This document shows positions 1 to 8,406 of a DNA stretch of 64,000 nt, piece after piece; position 1 is the first letter of the stretch; the number at the start of each line of letters is the position of its first letter. Origin of the DNA: a virus (Duplodnaviria > Caudoviricetes). The stretch spans positions 96,001 through 160,000 of IMG/VR virus record IMGVR_UViG_2830161386_000001, one strand, 5' to 3'. A program made the position numbers and the translations under genes. Under the pieces are notes generated by a model. It was not told where the DNA came from, ran no database searches, and saw nothing but the letters and a program-made list of their open reading frames with translations.

Positions 1-884
1 TCGCCCCCGAGTCCGGCCTCCTCCGCCGCGTCGGCCGAGAGTCGGACCTCGTTTTGGCCAGTCGAAGCGGCCTTCGCAAACGCTTCTTTGCTTCCGCCCC
101 TGGCCGAGGCGCCGCCGTCTTCTAGGTCTCCGGTTGCGGGATTGTTGATTTCGGTGCCGTCCCCGACCGGAAGGCGGCTGGTAGCGACCGCCCGGCTTGT
201 CGGGTCCGCCCGGTCTTCAACAAACGAGATATCGAAGAACTTCCCCTTCGGGTTGCGGGCGTGGACGATGTGGCCGTTGGGCTTGACCTCCAGCATGTTT
301 TTCCGGAGGTGGTCGCAGTACTCCGCCCGGCTTGAGGCCTTGTTGCCACATACGCTGCAAGTATCGTAAGCGGCCCGGAAGCCCATGCTTGTTGAGACGG
401 GCTCGTAGTTTCGGATCTTCTGCGCGATCATCGGCGCTTTGTCCGCGTTGAGGTGGGCAACCAATTCCACCCGGTCCATCTTTGGGTTGAAGAAGCTCTT
501 TTCGACCGTCCCATAGGCCGGGGAGTCGTCCCGGTTGATGTGATGCTTGTAGGGGCGGGCAAAATGCTCGAAGGACTTGTACATCGGGACTTCCAGAGAG
601 CCCTCCCCCTCCGGCGGGGTCCCGTAGTCCACGTTCCCGAGCAGGTCCTCCCGGTAAAACCCGTCGCCGTTTTTGTTCGGCCCGATCCGGTCGAACGAGC
701 TCAAGGCCGTAATCAAGAGGCGCATCGTCCCGTCGCCTGGGCTCGCGGCCTGGTCAAGATACGACCGCACGTCCGGGTGGACCTCGCTTGCGGTTTTGTC
801 CAGCGAGCCAGAGGCGGGGTGGACCAGCGCCTCTCCCGTCGCGTCCGGGCGGGAGTCGTACTGAACGAGCTTGTCTATAGCCAT
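1..884 (-). CDS. Prohead (capsid maturation) protease-like protein, 3' end runs off window
   Basis: Not in ORF track; translated manually from ATG at 884: MAIDKLVQY...GPNKNGDGF...YKHHIN...STSMGFRAAYDTCSVCGN...YCDHL...FFDISFVEDPAD. His and SMG motifs plus a Cys cluster resemble large-phage head proteases; lies in the head module. Confidence 0.7.
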   Translation of the reverse strand, partial: MAIDKLVQYDSRPDATGEALVHPASGSLDKTASEVHPDVRSYLDQAASPGDGTMRLLITALSSFDRIGPNKNGDGFYREDLLGNVDYGTPPEGEGSLEVPMYKSFEHFARPYKHHINRDDSPAYGTVEKSFFNPKMDRVELVAHLNADKAPMIAQKIRNYEPVSTSMGFRAAYDTCSVCGNKASSRAEYCDHLRKNMLEVKPNGHIVHARNPKGKFFDISFVEDRADPTSRAVATSRLPVGDGTEINNPATGDLEDGGASARGGSKEAFAKAASTGQNEVRLSADAAEEAGLGG

Positions 885-970
885 CGAACACTAGCGTTGC
901 AGGTTGCCAGCCGGAAGGCCGGTAAGGCGCCGTTGCGCAAAAGCCTTTCTTCTGTTAAGGCTGTTTTCCG

Positions 971-3900
971 TTAGGGCTGAATTGCCTTCGCCGCGTCCAT
1001 CATCGAGCGAGAGCGGTTCCCCGACACGCGCTGCCGCTTCTCTTGCCGCTCAAGCTCGTCTGTTCCCTTTCGCACCGCATCTCGGAGAAGCTCCTGCGGC
1101 TCTCCGGCCGTCAGGTTTTTGTCGATAATCTTCCGAGCCACGACCGGGGTCTTGGTCAGCTGCGGGGCGTGCTCGTGCAGAATCGAAAACGCCTGGCGCC
1201 GAGCGCGCTCGTTTGCCTCCTCCTTCGGGGCGTCTTTTTCAATTCCGTAGCTCTTTCTCTGCCCCTCGTCGCTGATCATATTATCGTCGATCAGCTTCGG
1301 GTCCCGGCCCGGAAGCTCCATCATGCGGTTGTACCGGATGCGCTCCCGGATCGGGTCGATGGCCTTGCTGATCCCGCTTGCCACCGGCCCGGCCGCAAGC
1401 CCGGCGCCGAGAAGTCCCTGCGCGAGAAGGCGGCGGTTGTCTGGATCCCCCAGAGCATCCTTCGCCTTTTGCATCATTCCGGTCCCGTAGACTTTCCCGG
1501 GCGCCGCCGTTTTGCTTAAGGCGTCGGCCTTCTTGTCCATCGCCTTCTTCAAGGCACCGAGGTAGATGGCTTCATCTTCGCTGATCTTGCCCTGGTCGTA
1601 GGCGCGGGCGATTTTTTCACCTGTCTCCGTTTCCGGCGGCAGGTACACCGGGCTTCCCGCCGGCGCAAAGGCGCGGGCAAAGGTCCCGTACGTCGAGGAG
1701 TTTTTCTCCGAGTCGTCCTTCGGCACGCAGTTGGGCACCTTGTTTCCGTCTTTGGTCTTCATGCCCACCTGCTTGTAGCCATCCCAGCAAGGGTCGCTGT
1801 CATCATCGGCCGTCTTGGCGCTCTCCTTCGAGTCGTCTTTCGGGACGCAGTTCGGCACCTTTTTGCCGTTTTTGGTTTTCATCCCGATCTGCTCGTAGCC
1901 GTCCCAGCAGGGATCGCTATCGCTAGAGTCGTCGGCGGTTTTCTCTCCGCAGCCGCAATCGCTGGAGGCTTCTTTTTCTTTCCCCATGTCGTCAACATTG
2001 GCGTGAAGGGCCTTTTGGTGGTCCCGAGCCTCTTCTTTCGTGTCGTGGGGCTCTTCGTTTTGGCGCTCGCCCGTTGACTCTTTCTCAACGTACCAACCGC
2101 CTTCGCCCTGGACGACTTCATACTCGGCAACCTTCCGGAACGCCCCCTCCGCGGCGGCGGCCTTCGCCATGTCCGTCAAGAGGTAGCTGTCGGGAAGATT
2201 GGCCTCTTTCTCAGGCGACACCTCTTTGCCGCACTTCGGGCACTTGCCCTCCTCGGTGATCTCCCCGCCGCAGTGTGGGCAGGTCTTCGCCGCTTCCTTC
2301 TCGGCGGCATCCTCGCCGGAGTCGCCACTCTCCTCAGAACTGTCCTCTTCGGAGCTGCTGTCCGCAGAGCCGCTCTCGCTAGAGCCACTCTCACTAGAAC
2401 CGTTCTCGCTGGAGCTACCCTCCGAAGCGCCCCCACTTTCTTCAGAAGAAGAGGTCCCCTGTGCCCGCTGCATCTCTTGCTGCTTCCGCTGCTGCTTGGC
2501 CCGAAGCATCTTCATCATCAGGATCTTCTTGAGCATCTGGCGGGCCTTCTCGCTTTTGGCCCCGGCCGGGTGCTTGCGCTTTGTGGTCGGGCCTTGTCCG
2601 GCGTGCTGGGCGAGAGCCTTCTGGGGCGGCTCGGCGGTTTTCTCGACCCACCGGAAGCTGCGCGCCGAAGCCTCTTTTTCGGCCGAGGATTCCGCCTGAT
2701 CCTTAGAGGAACTCTCAAAACTCATACTTTCATTCCCTTTGCCCAGGTACACTTCATCAGGGCGCACTTCTCCCTGATCGTTGTATTTATCGTCTACGCT
2801 TTTTCGCCCAGCGATTCCACCACGATAGAAACCGTACCCCGCTCCACCAAGTGCTCCTAGCCCCCCCGCTGCCGCTGCTCCTGCGGCTGCGCCAGGCGCT
2901 CCTCCAATCAGACCACCGGCGGCCCCTCCAGCAGCAGCTCCGGCAGCTGCCCCTCCAAGACCGCCGCCAGCTCCATAGAGCGTACTGTATCCGTATCTAG
3001 ACCCATAATCACCAAGATTACGGCCTATGCTTTCACTTCGAGGGTCCATTGCCGTATTATATACCGGGCCAATGTGACCAGCAACGGGAGCTGCAAACGG
3101 AACAAGAGACCCTCCTATTGTCGCAGCAGCATTTATCTTTCCCTCCTCTTTGGGAGAAGCAGGAGGGCTCTCTGCCGACTTCAAAAACGCGTTTGTCGAC
3201 GCTTGCTTGGTCTCTTTCTGCTTCCGGTTCGACGGGCGGTCCTCATGCATGGCTTTTGCCCGGCCGACCGGGGATCCCGAATCGGTGTACTGAAGCGGTC
3301 GCCCCTCTGGCCCAGGCGTTCGCGGGGCGGGATTGCCAGGCTCTTGGACTCCTTGCTGCATCCTGCGGCCACCACGTCGAGAGCGTGCCTCTTGGGCCAA
3401 GTACCCCCCCATCGGAGAACGAGTAATCTGAATGTCCCGCCGGTTTCCCTCCGGGTATACCGCCTGATACAGACCCTCCCCTTGCCGCCGCACGTCCACC
3501 TCCGACGGCTTCACGCTCTCAGGCGCCAACCGGCTTCCGATGTACCCCCCGCCAACGCCACCAAGCGCGCCACCAGCAAGCATAGCCAAAGGTGCAGCTC
3601 GGCCGCTTCCAATATTACTGCCTGCAAGAGCGCCTCCGGCGGCGCCGGTAAAGCCGCCAATTGCAACGCCGTTTCCGATTGCGTTTCCACGTCGTTGCCC
3701 CCGGCGGTTCCGTGCCACTTGCCGGGCGATAGCCCGCTGGGCCTGCTGCTCGCCCTCCGCTTTTTTGTCAAATGAGCTGTCGCTTCGTCCTGCTGACTTT
3801 AGAAAAGGGTTCATAGATTTGTTTTTAGTTTGCCTGCTAGAGGTACTGCCCTCTACGTTGCTAATCGGTTCGTTTTGTGCTTGCTTGTTGGACGAAAGCT

Positions 3901-5122
3901 CGTATGCTCCCGCCCCTACGCCAAGCGCGCCTCCGGCCATGCCGACGTTCTTGAGGCGCTCGGCCATTCCGGCTCCTCCTTCTTCGGCCGCCTCGGACGC
4001 ACCTTCCTCTGCCGCTTCTGAGCCGCCAGATTGACTGCTTGTCCCAGACGAACTCGTTCCAGATGAGCCGCTTACCGACGATTCGTCAACCAAGTCCTCC
4101 AGCTGCTGGCCCTCCCCCCCGGAGCTAGCTGCTTCGTCTGCCCCGCCAGGAGGAGTTCTGCTCATGCTCGCGTCACTTGTCCTCGGTGCAGTTCTGCCAA
4201 AACCCACCCCCTCTATCGGCTCTACATCTGCATTTCTCATTCGCACCTGCGGCGGCGAGAGGTCAATGCTGCGAGCCGCGTCGCTGAACATGTCTGCGAG
4301 CGAGCCACGCGCCTCTTTGCTCAGTCCCAGCTGGGACTCGGTGTTGGCCTCTTTGTCGCTAACCATAATTGGGCCAAATCCCGGCTGAGAGCTCTCGATG
4401 CGGGTTTTCTCTCCCTCGTCTCGAACGGTAAAGTCTCGGGTCCGGCGCACTCCGTTTGTTGTCCGCCCCATGTCGGCCTCGAAGTCCGTTCCATCTTGGT
4501 TCACGCTCACCTCCTCGGCGCTAACTGCCTGCGGGCTTGCCCGGTCGGCAACGGCACTGCCGCCCAGCGCGCCGAGCGCCCCGCCAGCAAGCGTCGCCGG
4601 GAGGCGGTACCGGTTTGGCACGTGACGAGACGTAAAGCCCAGCCCGGCGCCAATGCCTGCGCCTGACAATACGCCGATTCCCTTGTTTACTTGGCGATTG
4701 GCCTTGTTTTGCGATGCAGCCGATACAGCGACCATGTCCTGCTTCGTGGTTGTGTCATCAGACAAGTCTTTTGGCCCGTCCGCGAGCCCGGCTGCGCTTT
4801 TCAAAAACGCGTTTTTCTCCCCCGAAGCCCTGCCTGAAGAGTCAGCTGAAGACCCAGTTGAAGCGTTGGCTGAAGAGCGAGTTGAACCGCTGGATTCGGC
4901 GCTTGGCTGCGCTGCCGGTCGGGCAGGCGGGGCCGCCCGCACGTTCGGGGTCGCCATTATTTGCTGGCGTTTTGCGTCGGCAAGGCCTTTTTCGTATCCT
5001 TGGCGGTACCCTTCCCGGCGCCCCTGCTCTAGGCCCTCTGCGCCGCCGTACAGGTAGCCCCCACCGCCTGCAAGAAGGCCGGTCCCGCCCGCAATTCCGA
5101 TCGTCTTTGGCATAGATGGCAT
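971..5122 (-). CDS. 1383-aa modular virion/internal-head protein (putative polyprotein)
   Basis: Many K-x-A motifs (FLKSA x3, KEAS, KTAD, KTAA), glycine-zipper hydrophobic segments, CPHC..CPKC zinc ribbon, two CWDGY..VPNCVP repeats; adjacent to protease. Confidence 0.6.
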   Translation of the reverse strand: MPSMPKTIGIAGGTGLLAGGGGYLYGGAEGLEQGRREGYRQGYEKGLADAKRQQIMATPNVRAAPPARPAAQPSAESSGSTRSSANASTGSSADSSGRASGEKNAFLKSAAGLADGPKDLSDDTTTKQDMVAVSAASQNKANRQVNKGIGVLSGAGIGAGLGFTSRHVPNRYRLPATLAGGALGALGGSAVADRASPQAVSAEEVSVNQDGTDFEADMGRTTNGVRRTRDFTVRDEGEKTRIESSQPGFGPIMVSDKEANTESQLGLSKEARGSLADMFSDAARSIDLSPPQVRMRNADVEPIEGVGFGRTAPRTSDASMSRTPPGGADEAASSGGEGQQLEDLVDESSVSGSSGTSSSGTSSQSGGSEAAEEGASEAAEEGGAGMAERLKNVGMAGGALGVGAGAYELSSNKQAQNEPISNVEGSTSSRQTKNKSMNPFLKSAGRSDSSFDKKAEGEQQAQRAIARQVARNRRGQRRGNAIGNGVAIGGFTGAAGGALAGSNIGSGRAAPLAMLAGGALGGVGGGYIGSRLAPESVKPSEVDVRRQGEGLYQAVYPEGNRRDIQITRSPMGGYLAQEARSRRGGRRMQQGVQEPGNPAPRTPGPEGRPLQYTDSGSPVGRAKAMHEDRPSNRKQKETKQASTNAFLKSAESPPASPKEEGKINAAATIGGSLVPFAAPVAGHIGPVYNTAMDPRSESIGRNLGDYGSRYGYSTLYGAGGGLGGAAAGAAAGGAAGGLIGGAPGAAAGAAAAGGLGALGGAGYGFYRGGIAGRKSVDDKYNDQGEVRPDEVYLGKGNESMSFESSSKDQAESSAEKEASARSFRWVEKTAEPPQKALAQHAGQGPTTKRKHPAGAKSEKARQMLKKILMMKMLRAKQQRKQQEMQRAQGTSSSEESGGASEGSSSENGSSESGSSESGSADSSSEEDSSEESGDSGEDAAEKEAAKTCPHCGGEITEEGKCPKCGKEVSPEKEANLPDSYLLTDMAKAAAAEGAFRKVAEYEVVQGEGGWYVEKESTGERQNEEPHDTKEEARDHQKALHANVDDMGKEKEASSDCGCGEKTADDSSDSDPCWDGYEQIGMKTKNGKKVPNCVPKDDSKESAKTADDDSDPCWDGYKQVGMKTKDGNKVPNCVPKDDSEKNSSTYGTFARAFAPAGSPVYLPPETETGEKIARAYDQGKISEDEAIYLGALKKAMDKKADALSKTAAPGKVYGTGMMQKAKDALGDPDNRRLLAQGLLGAGLAAGPVASGISKAIDPIRERIRYNRMMELPGRDPKLIDDNMISDEGQRKSYGIEKDAPKEEANERARRQAFSILHEHAPQLTKTPVVARKIIDKNLTAGEPQELLRDAVRKGTDELERQEKRQRVSGNRSRSMMDAAKAIQP
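1710..1949 (-). repeat. Two 120-bp tandem units encoding KTADD..DPCWDGYxQxGMKTKxGxKVPNCVPKDDS
   Basis: agtcgtcyttcggsacgcagttsggcacct at 1711 and 1831. Confidence 0.9.
4323..4338. repeat. 16-bp palindrome, in frame (SQLG) between two KEA motifs
   Basis: agtcccagctgggact. Confidence 0.95.
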
Positions 5123-5152
5123 CGTAGAAGTGGTGTTTTTATTGGCGCCTGC

Positions 5153-6253
5153 TTAAAACTGACGCTTTTGCTTCTCCATGTCTTCCTCCTGCTTTCCGGC
5201 AAGCTGCCCGGCGGAGTAGCCCCCAAACCCAAGCTCAATCGTGCGCAAAAAAGGCTTCTCGGCCACGAAATTGCCGACGCCCTCCCCGACGCTTTCCGCG
5301 CCTCGTATTGTGCTTTTTGCCGTTTCCCCCAGGCCTTTCATAAAGTCTACGCCCTTGCTCCCAATGCTTGACATAATGCCGGCCTGCTTCTCGGCGAGGC
5401 CCGGGTGCACGTCGAAATCCGCCCCGCTTAGCGACTCGGCGTTTTCGGCGACCTTCGACGCAAGCCGGAGCGCCGCGGCATCCAGCGAGGCGTTGTCCGC
5501 GAGCTTTTTCAGCTCCGCGGCCTTCTTTCGAAGCGGAGCGTCTTCTGAAATTTTTGTCGGGCTACCCTCCTTTAGGTACTGCCGCTCAAGAGAATAGGGA
5601 CCGTCGTCCGGATATTCGCTTCGAGGAATCATGCCGTCGGCCTCCAGGCGGTTCAAGACGTACTCGATCACGTCTTTCCCGTGGCCTTCCTCCTTCATCG
5701 ACCGGAGCGCCTCTTTCGGGGAGGCGCCCTCGTAGATGCTATTTTTGATCTCCTCGTAGACCTCCTCCCGCTTTTGGCTGAGCTTGACGATGCGCCCTTT
5801 GAGCTGGTCGGCGGCCTGGTGGGCGATTTTTTCCGCGGCGCCCAGAAGGTGGCGGGCGTCCCGCTTCGGGCTCGGGGAGGGCACGTACTCCGCCCCGTAG
5901 ACGCCTGCAATCTTTGAGAACAAGCCGCCGTTTACGACCTCGTCGCTCTCGGGAGCAGCGGTTTTCTCGTGGCCCTCCGCAGGCCGAGGCGCAAACCCGG
6001 CGGTCTTCTCCGCCGCCTCTTTCGACCGGAGAATCTCCTCGGGCTCGGCCATTTCAAACTCGGTATACGCGCTTTCTTTCATCAGCTCCGCGTTGACCGA
6101 CCGGTTCGCGTAGTGGGCAACTCGCTCGATTTGCTGGTCGGTCAGGGACTGATCCGACGCGATTTTCCGAATCGACTCGTTTAAGGGCGTGTCGTCTTTG
6201 AGGTAAGACTCGGCGGCCTCTTTGCCGAGGGACTGAAGCGCCTCTTTGGTCAC
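5153..6253 (-). CDS. Putative head/core structural protein rich in K-x-A motifs
   Basis: 366 aa; KEAA, EKTAG, EKTAA, EKQAG; helical, lies in head module. Confidence 0.55.
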   Translation of the reverse strand: MTKEALQSLGKEAAESYLKDDTPLNESIRKIASDQSLTDQQIERVAHYANRSVNAELMKESAYTEFEMAEPEEILRSKEAAEKTAGFAPRPAEGHEKTAAPESDEVVNGGLFSKIAGVYGAEYVPSPSPKRDARHLLGAAEKIAHQAADQLKGRIVKLSQKREEVYEEIKNSIYEGASPKEALRSMKEEGHGKDVIEYVLNRLEADGMIPRSEYPDDGPYSLERQYLKEGSPTKISEDAPLRKKAAELKKLADNASLDAAALRLASKVAENAESLSGADFDVHPGLAEKQAGIMSSIGSKGVDFMKGLGETAKSTIRGAESVGEGVGNFVAEKPFLRTIELGFGGYSAGQLAGKQEEDMEKQKRQF

Positions 6254-6349
6254 GTTGGTGTAGAAGTTGAGCAGCCCCGATACAGAAGGGGCAGGTCGCT
6301 AGTGGCGTCTGTGTTTAGGGTAGCACATACATTTTCACAGCCAACCCGC

Positions 6350-8035
6350 TTACGCCGGCTCCCGCTCCATGACCGGAAAGACCGAGTTCATCTTCTCCCC
6401 GAAGTCGGTGTCCGACCGGATTTGACCTGCTTGCGGCTGGGCCTCAAACACCTGCCCTCGGAAGAAGCACTGGCCCTCGTGAATCCGGATCAAATCAACG
6501 CTGTGGTCGGTCCCACCCTCCTCGTACTGCACGGCAACGAGCCCCTGCTGCCAGTCCATGCGGTTGCTCACCGCCGGAACCACCCCAGGATCGGTCCGGC
6601 AGAGGCACCCGGCCGTTACCCCGTGAATCGGCTGCTGGTGGTCCCGGAACTGCATCGTCGAGGACTTCATCTCGATCCGGTGGTTATGCCCCTGGATCGT
6701 CGTCACGTTGTGCTTCTCCATTAGATTTCGGCACACTCGCTTTGCGGCGCTCTCCCCGTGGATGCCCTTCACCGCGTCGTTGAGCCACACCTCTCCTTGC
6801 GGGTAAGGGTCGCTTACCTCGTAGCCGAGGTCGTCAAGCTCCAGCATCGTCCGAATCGACATGAGCGGCGGCTCCTCCATGCGCCCGCCGGGGCGGACGT
6901 TGTAGGCCTGGCCGTAGTGGTTGATGAGGGAATTTCGGACCCGGTCCTCGTGGTTTCCGAGCAGGTAGTGCTTCTCGGCGCCGGGATGCTGCTCCCCGAG
7001 GTTTTGAAGCCACCACTTGCCCTCCTGAAGCGCCGGGTTTGTCGTCTCCCGGAACTCCTGGCTCTGGGTGTACTTCTTCGTCCAGTTGGTCATGTCCAGC
7101 CAGTCGCCAAGAACGATAATATCGTCCGGGTCGATGTGGGCCGCGACTTGGAGCATCACGTCCAGGGCCCGCCGGTCGTGAATCGGGGAGTACCGGCCGG
7201 TACGCTGACTGCGCCGAAACCCGATTTGCGGGTCCGGGACGAAGAGGGCAGTTTTTAGCCCGTCGGGGCGCCGTTGCGGCGGGTCTGCTTCGTACTGCTG
7301 GGTCACGCTAATCTCCACCGGGCGCAGCGGCTCGAACTCCACCGGCTTGACCTGTTTCCGCTCCAGCTTGACATGAAAGCTGTGCAGCTGCTGGCTCTCT
7401 TTCCGCTCGACGTAGATCGGCTCCCCGTTGTCTTTAAACTTCAGGATCTCCCGCATTTTCATGCCCTGCTCGTAGCACTTGACGTTCGAGTCGACCCGGC
7501 GCCACTTGTTTTCATCCAGGCCCGCGTAGCCGATCAGGTCGTCAACGGAGGCTATATCCGTGTCGCTCGCCGTAATCGTCGCTTCGTTTCCGCTTACGTC
7601 CACGCCGATCTGCTCCCGGTAGGCGTCGCTTGCTTTTTCTTGGGCCACCACGCGAAGCCGGCTCTCCCCGTCCTCCCGGTGGTAGGAGACGTACCGCTGG
7701 CAGCCCGTGTAAACGTTGTCTGCCTCCTTGGAGAACACCTCCGCCCCGCGCAAAAACTTGTTCAGGCGGTAGGCCTTGTCCGAAGAGATGCCTCGGTCGC
7801 GGCACATCTCCGCCCGGCTGCCGCCGTACTGGCCGTTTTTCACCGCCCGCAGCGCGAGGGCCGACACCGCCTGCACGACGTCTTTGTCCCGCCCGAGGTC
7901 CGAACTTTCGTCGAGGGCAGGAAGGTCTATTCCTTTCCGGCCCGCCTCCGAGAAGAAGACCTCGTAGAAGGAGTTGGGGTCGACGTCCAAAGACAGAATA
8001 TCGAGAACATGGTCGGCGCTAAAGCTAGATCGCAT
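6350..8035 (-). CDS. Calcineurin-like metallophosphoesterase with long N-terminal extension
   Basis: Motifs PDPQIG, LGDWLD, GNHE, HG, GHNH; start re-called to MRSSF to avoid overlap with the upstream gene. Confidence 0.85.
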   Translation of the reverse strand: MRSSFSADHVLDILSLDVDPNSFYEVFFSEAGRKGIDLPALDESSDLGRDKDVVQAVSALALRAVKNGQYGGSRAEMCRDRGISSDKAYRLNKFLRGAEVFSKEADNVYTGCQRYVSYHREDGESRLRVVAQEKASDAYREQIGVDVSGNEATITASDTDIASVDDLIGYAGLDENKWRRVDSNVKCYEQGMKMREILKFKDNGEPIYVERKESQQLHSFHVKLERKQVKPVEFEPLRPVEISVTQQYEADPPQRRPDGLKTALFVPDPQIGFRRSQRTGRYSPIHDRRALDVMLQVAAHIDPDDIIVLGDWLDMTNWTKKYTQSQEFRETTNPALQEGKWWLQNLGEQHPGAEKHYLLGNHEDRVRNSLINHYGQAYNVRPGGRMEEPPLMSIRTMLELDDLGYEVSDPYPQGEVWLNDAVKGIHGESAAKRVCRNLMEKHNVTTIQGHNHRIEMKSSTMQFRDHQQPIHGVTAGCLCRTDPGVVPAVSNRMDWQQGLVAVQYEEGGTDHSVDLIRIHEGQCFFRGQVFEAQPQAGQIRSDTDFGEKMNSVFPVMEREPA

Positions 8036-8070
8036 AAGGGAAGTTGTTGGTTGGCCGGTAAGGGGCGGCG

Positions 8071-8349
8071 CTATATCGAGACGCCGGGCGTGATGTCGTC
8101 GCTTCGGTCCTGCCCTCGGGACCGGGCGAAAAGTTTCTCGAAATCCTCTTGGCGAAAGGCTTTGACCTGCCCACTCGGGTAGCGGACGACCCAATCGCCA
8201 GGGTGAACGGTGATTTTGTGCGGGCCCATTTCAATCTCTTCTGAGCTCCCGCTAATTTGCCGCGCCTCCACCTGAACGGGCTTTTGGACGGCAGGGGACC
8301 ACTGGCTCTTCTCCGGGCCATTCCAGTACTGCTCTGCGTCTTGGTCCAT
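8071..8349 (-). CDS. Hypothetical protein (PGDWVV..F..F motif)
   Basis: 92 aa, fills the gap between terminase and phosphoesterase. Confidence 0.6.
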   Translation of the reverse strand: MDQDAEQYWNGPEKSQWSPAVQKPVQVEARQISGSSEEIEMGPHKITVHPGDWVVRYPSGQVKAFRQEDFEKLFARSRGQDRSDDITPGVSI

Positions 8350-8406
8350 GGCGCTGTCAGGCTAAAGATGTTTTAGGTGCCTCAAGCACGTTTGTCGTTC
8401 GGGCGC

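Noticed and set aside
2366-2410. Three 15-bp tandem repeats
   Set aside because: They simply encode a Ser/Glu/Gly low-complexity linker (SSESG).
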